Shown: one piece after another, positions 62,775-64,000 of the stretch
Layout of the letters: each line of letters opens with the position of its first letter
Position numbering within the stretch: the stretch's first letter is position 1
The notes under the pieces: generated by a model
Told to the model about the DNA's origin: nothing
The model's database searches: none
What the model saw: only the letters and a program-made list of their open reading frames with translations
Source: Minisyncoccota bacterium
Lineage (GTDB): Bacteria; Patescibacteriota; Minisyncoccia; Phycocordibacterales; UBA6065
Assembly (NCBI GenBank): GCA_035546035.1
Contig: DASZXC010000003.1
Coordinates: forward strand, 479 to 64,478
Reading direction: 5' to 3'
Length of the DNA stretch: 64,000 nt
Program-made: the position numbers and the translations under genes

Positions 62775-64000
62775 ATGACACCGACCGCTTCATCGAAGCT
62801 CGACAGGGTAGCGTTCTACGCGCTTCAGGCGACGCTTTTCTTCGCTCCGCTCTTCTTTATCCCCTCGATCTCCGTCCCTCTCCAAACTGGCAAATCGGCG
62901 GTCATCCTTTTCGGCATAACGGCGGCGCTCGTCGTCTGGCTCATCGCTCGATTGAAAGACGGATCGTTCTCGTGGCCGAAGACCTGGCTCTATGCCGGCG
63001 CGGGCATCCTCGGCCTCGTCTACACGGTCTCGGCTCTCGCATCGGCTAATCAGGCGTCGTCGCTTGCCGGCACATCGTTCGAGCTCGGCACTCTCGCATT
63101 CTTCCTGCCGTCCCTTTTCCTCTTCGTCCTCATCTCTCTGGTCACGAAGTCGGAAAAGCAGGTCTTCTATTCGTATATGACGCTCTTCGTAGCGTTTCTC
63201 GTCGCCGGGCTGTTCCATGCCGTCCGCTTCATCGGCGGCGCCGATGTTCTCTCGTTCGGTGTCTTCACCGACGTTACGGCGAACTTCATAGGCAAGTGGA
63301 ACGATGTCGGCATATTCTTCGGCCTCGGCGCCGTCCTTTCGCTCATAACGCTTGAAAGGACGGCGCTCTCGCGCCTGCTTAAGATCCTGGTCTATGCCGT
63401 CTTCGTGCTCTCGCTCGTCATGCTCGTCGTGGTCAACTTCTCGCCGGTCTGGGTCGCTCTCGCGGCGCTCTCACTCGTGTTCTTCATATACGAGCTTTCT
63501 TACGGTAAGCGATCTGACGGCGCCTCGCGGGGCAATATCGGCGCGCGCATCCCGTATCACGCTCTTATCACGCTCGTCATCGCGGTCATATTCATCTTCT
63601 TCGGCGGCAGGATAAGTTCGCTCATCGCGAATACCCTCGGCACGTCGCAGGTAGAAGTGCGTCCGTCGTGGTCGGCGACCTTGGATATCACCGAATCTGC
63701 TCTCAAAGATAATCCCGTCCTCGGCACCGGCCCCAATCGATTCGCTTCGGAATGGCTCATGAACAAGCCTGTCGGCATCAACGGCACGCTCTTCTGGAAC
63801 ACCGATTTCAACTACGGCATCGGATTCATACCGAGCCTGGCGACGACGACCGGCATACTCGGCATCCTCGCAGCGCTCTTCTTCGTCGGCCTCTTCGTCT
63901 GGACGGCGATAAAAGCGCTCCTCAAAGAAGGAACCTCTCCGTTCTCGCGCTATCTCGTCCTCTCGTCCTTGTTCGCGAGCGCGTATCTTTGGGTCTTCTC
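62775..64000 (+). CDS. Polytopic membrane protein (5' part; runs off the window), paralog-like of the O-antigen-ligase-domain protein at 43818
   Basis: Open frame with no stop from ATG 62775 to the window end (not in the track because it is incomplete). The translation is dominated by hydrophobic helices (…ATLFFAPLFFIPSISVPLQTGKSAVILFGITAALVVWLIA…) with strong GC3 bias, and its architecture resembles the N-terminus of 43818-45995. Confidence 0.5.
   Translation, partial: MTPTASSKLDRVAFYALQATLFFAPLFFIPSISVPLQTGKSAVILFGITAALVVWLIARLKDGSFSWPKTWLYAGAGILGLVYTVSALASANQASSLAGTSFELGTLAFFLPSLFLFVLISLVTKSEKQVFYSYMTLFVAFLVAGLFHAVRFIGGADVLSFGVFTDVTANFIGKWNDVGIFFGLGAVLSLITLERTALSRLLKILVYAVFVLSLVMLVVVNFSPVWVALAALSLVFFIYELSYGKRSDGASRGNIGARIPYHALITLVIAVIFIFFGGRISSLIANTLGTSQVEVRPSWSATLDITESALKDNPVLGTGPNRFASEWLMNKPVGINGTLFWNTDFNYGIGFIPSLATTTGILGILAALFFVGLFVWTAIKALLKEGTSPFSRYLVLSSLFASAYLWVF

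Overview
This 64 kb window is high-GC (~60%) bacterial chromosome and appears to be almost entirely coding. The large ORFs antisense to recognisable genes are GC-driven artefacts. My lineage guess is a small-genome, possibly Patescibacteria/CPR-like bacterium. I base that on the split transketolase, two large O-antigen-ligase/TPR membrane paralogs, a VirD4-like ATPase, a reduced RNase P RNA and a stand-alone tRNA-Ile.

The housekeeping genes I can support are:
- glycolysis: pyk, eno, gpmI, and a split transketolase;
- translation/RNA: tRNA-Ile(GAT), rlmH, rsmI, gatB, obg;
- secretion/envelope: secA, a DedA-family protein, peptidoglycan genes murB, mraY and a MurC/Mpl-type ligase;
- nucleotide metabolism: a class I ribonucleotide reductase nrdA-nrdB operon.

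The ORF track missed an RNase P RNA gene (rnpB, minus strand, ~62337-62631). It converges on nrdB and shares its terminator.

The dominant feature is a ~29.5 kb glycan-biosynthesis island (14057-43475), which contains:
- about 14 glycosyltransferases (GT4/GT2/GT11/GT-C, counting the GT2-methyltransferase fusion) plus two weaker GT-like calls;
- a GtrA flippase-like protein;
- a Dol-P-Man-synthase-like GT2 fused to a Zn-ribbon and a SAM methyltransferase;
- at least 8 methyltransferases, two of them FkbM-type;
- an AsnB-like amidotransferase and two NAD-dependent epimerase/dehydratases;
- a Wzm/Wzt ABC exporter, flanked by an HTH regulator with a tandem-repeat operator.

The combination suggests a heavily methylated glycan (cell-surface or protein-linked) exported by the ABC-transporter-dependent route. 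The island as a whole is the best candidate in this window for an undescribed biological system.

Other points worth a second look:
- a LysW-like 54-aa zinc-ribbon ORF that is not in the track;
- two copies of a palindromic terminator element sharing a 21-nt core;
- a translationally coupled ATP-grasp ligase + NlpC/P60 amidase pair;
- a VirD4/TraD-like ATPase with an Arg/Asp-rich tail, preceded by a structured untranslated region that ends in a terminator 9 nt before the start codon;
- NrdA with a ~150-aa Ala/Pro-rich tether before its C-terminal CxxC;
- NrdB with Phe at the position where the radical Tyr is expected (possible class Ic);
- a 20-bp perfect stem-loop between nrdA and nrdB.
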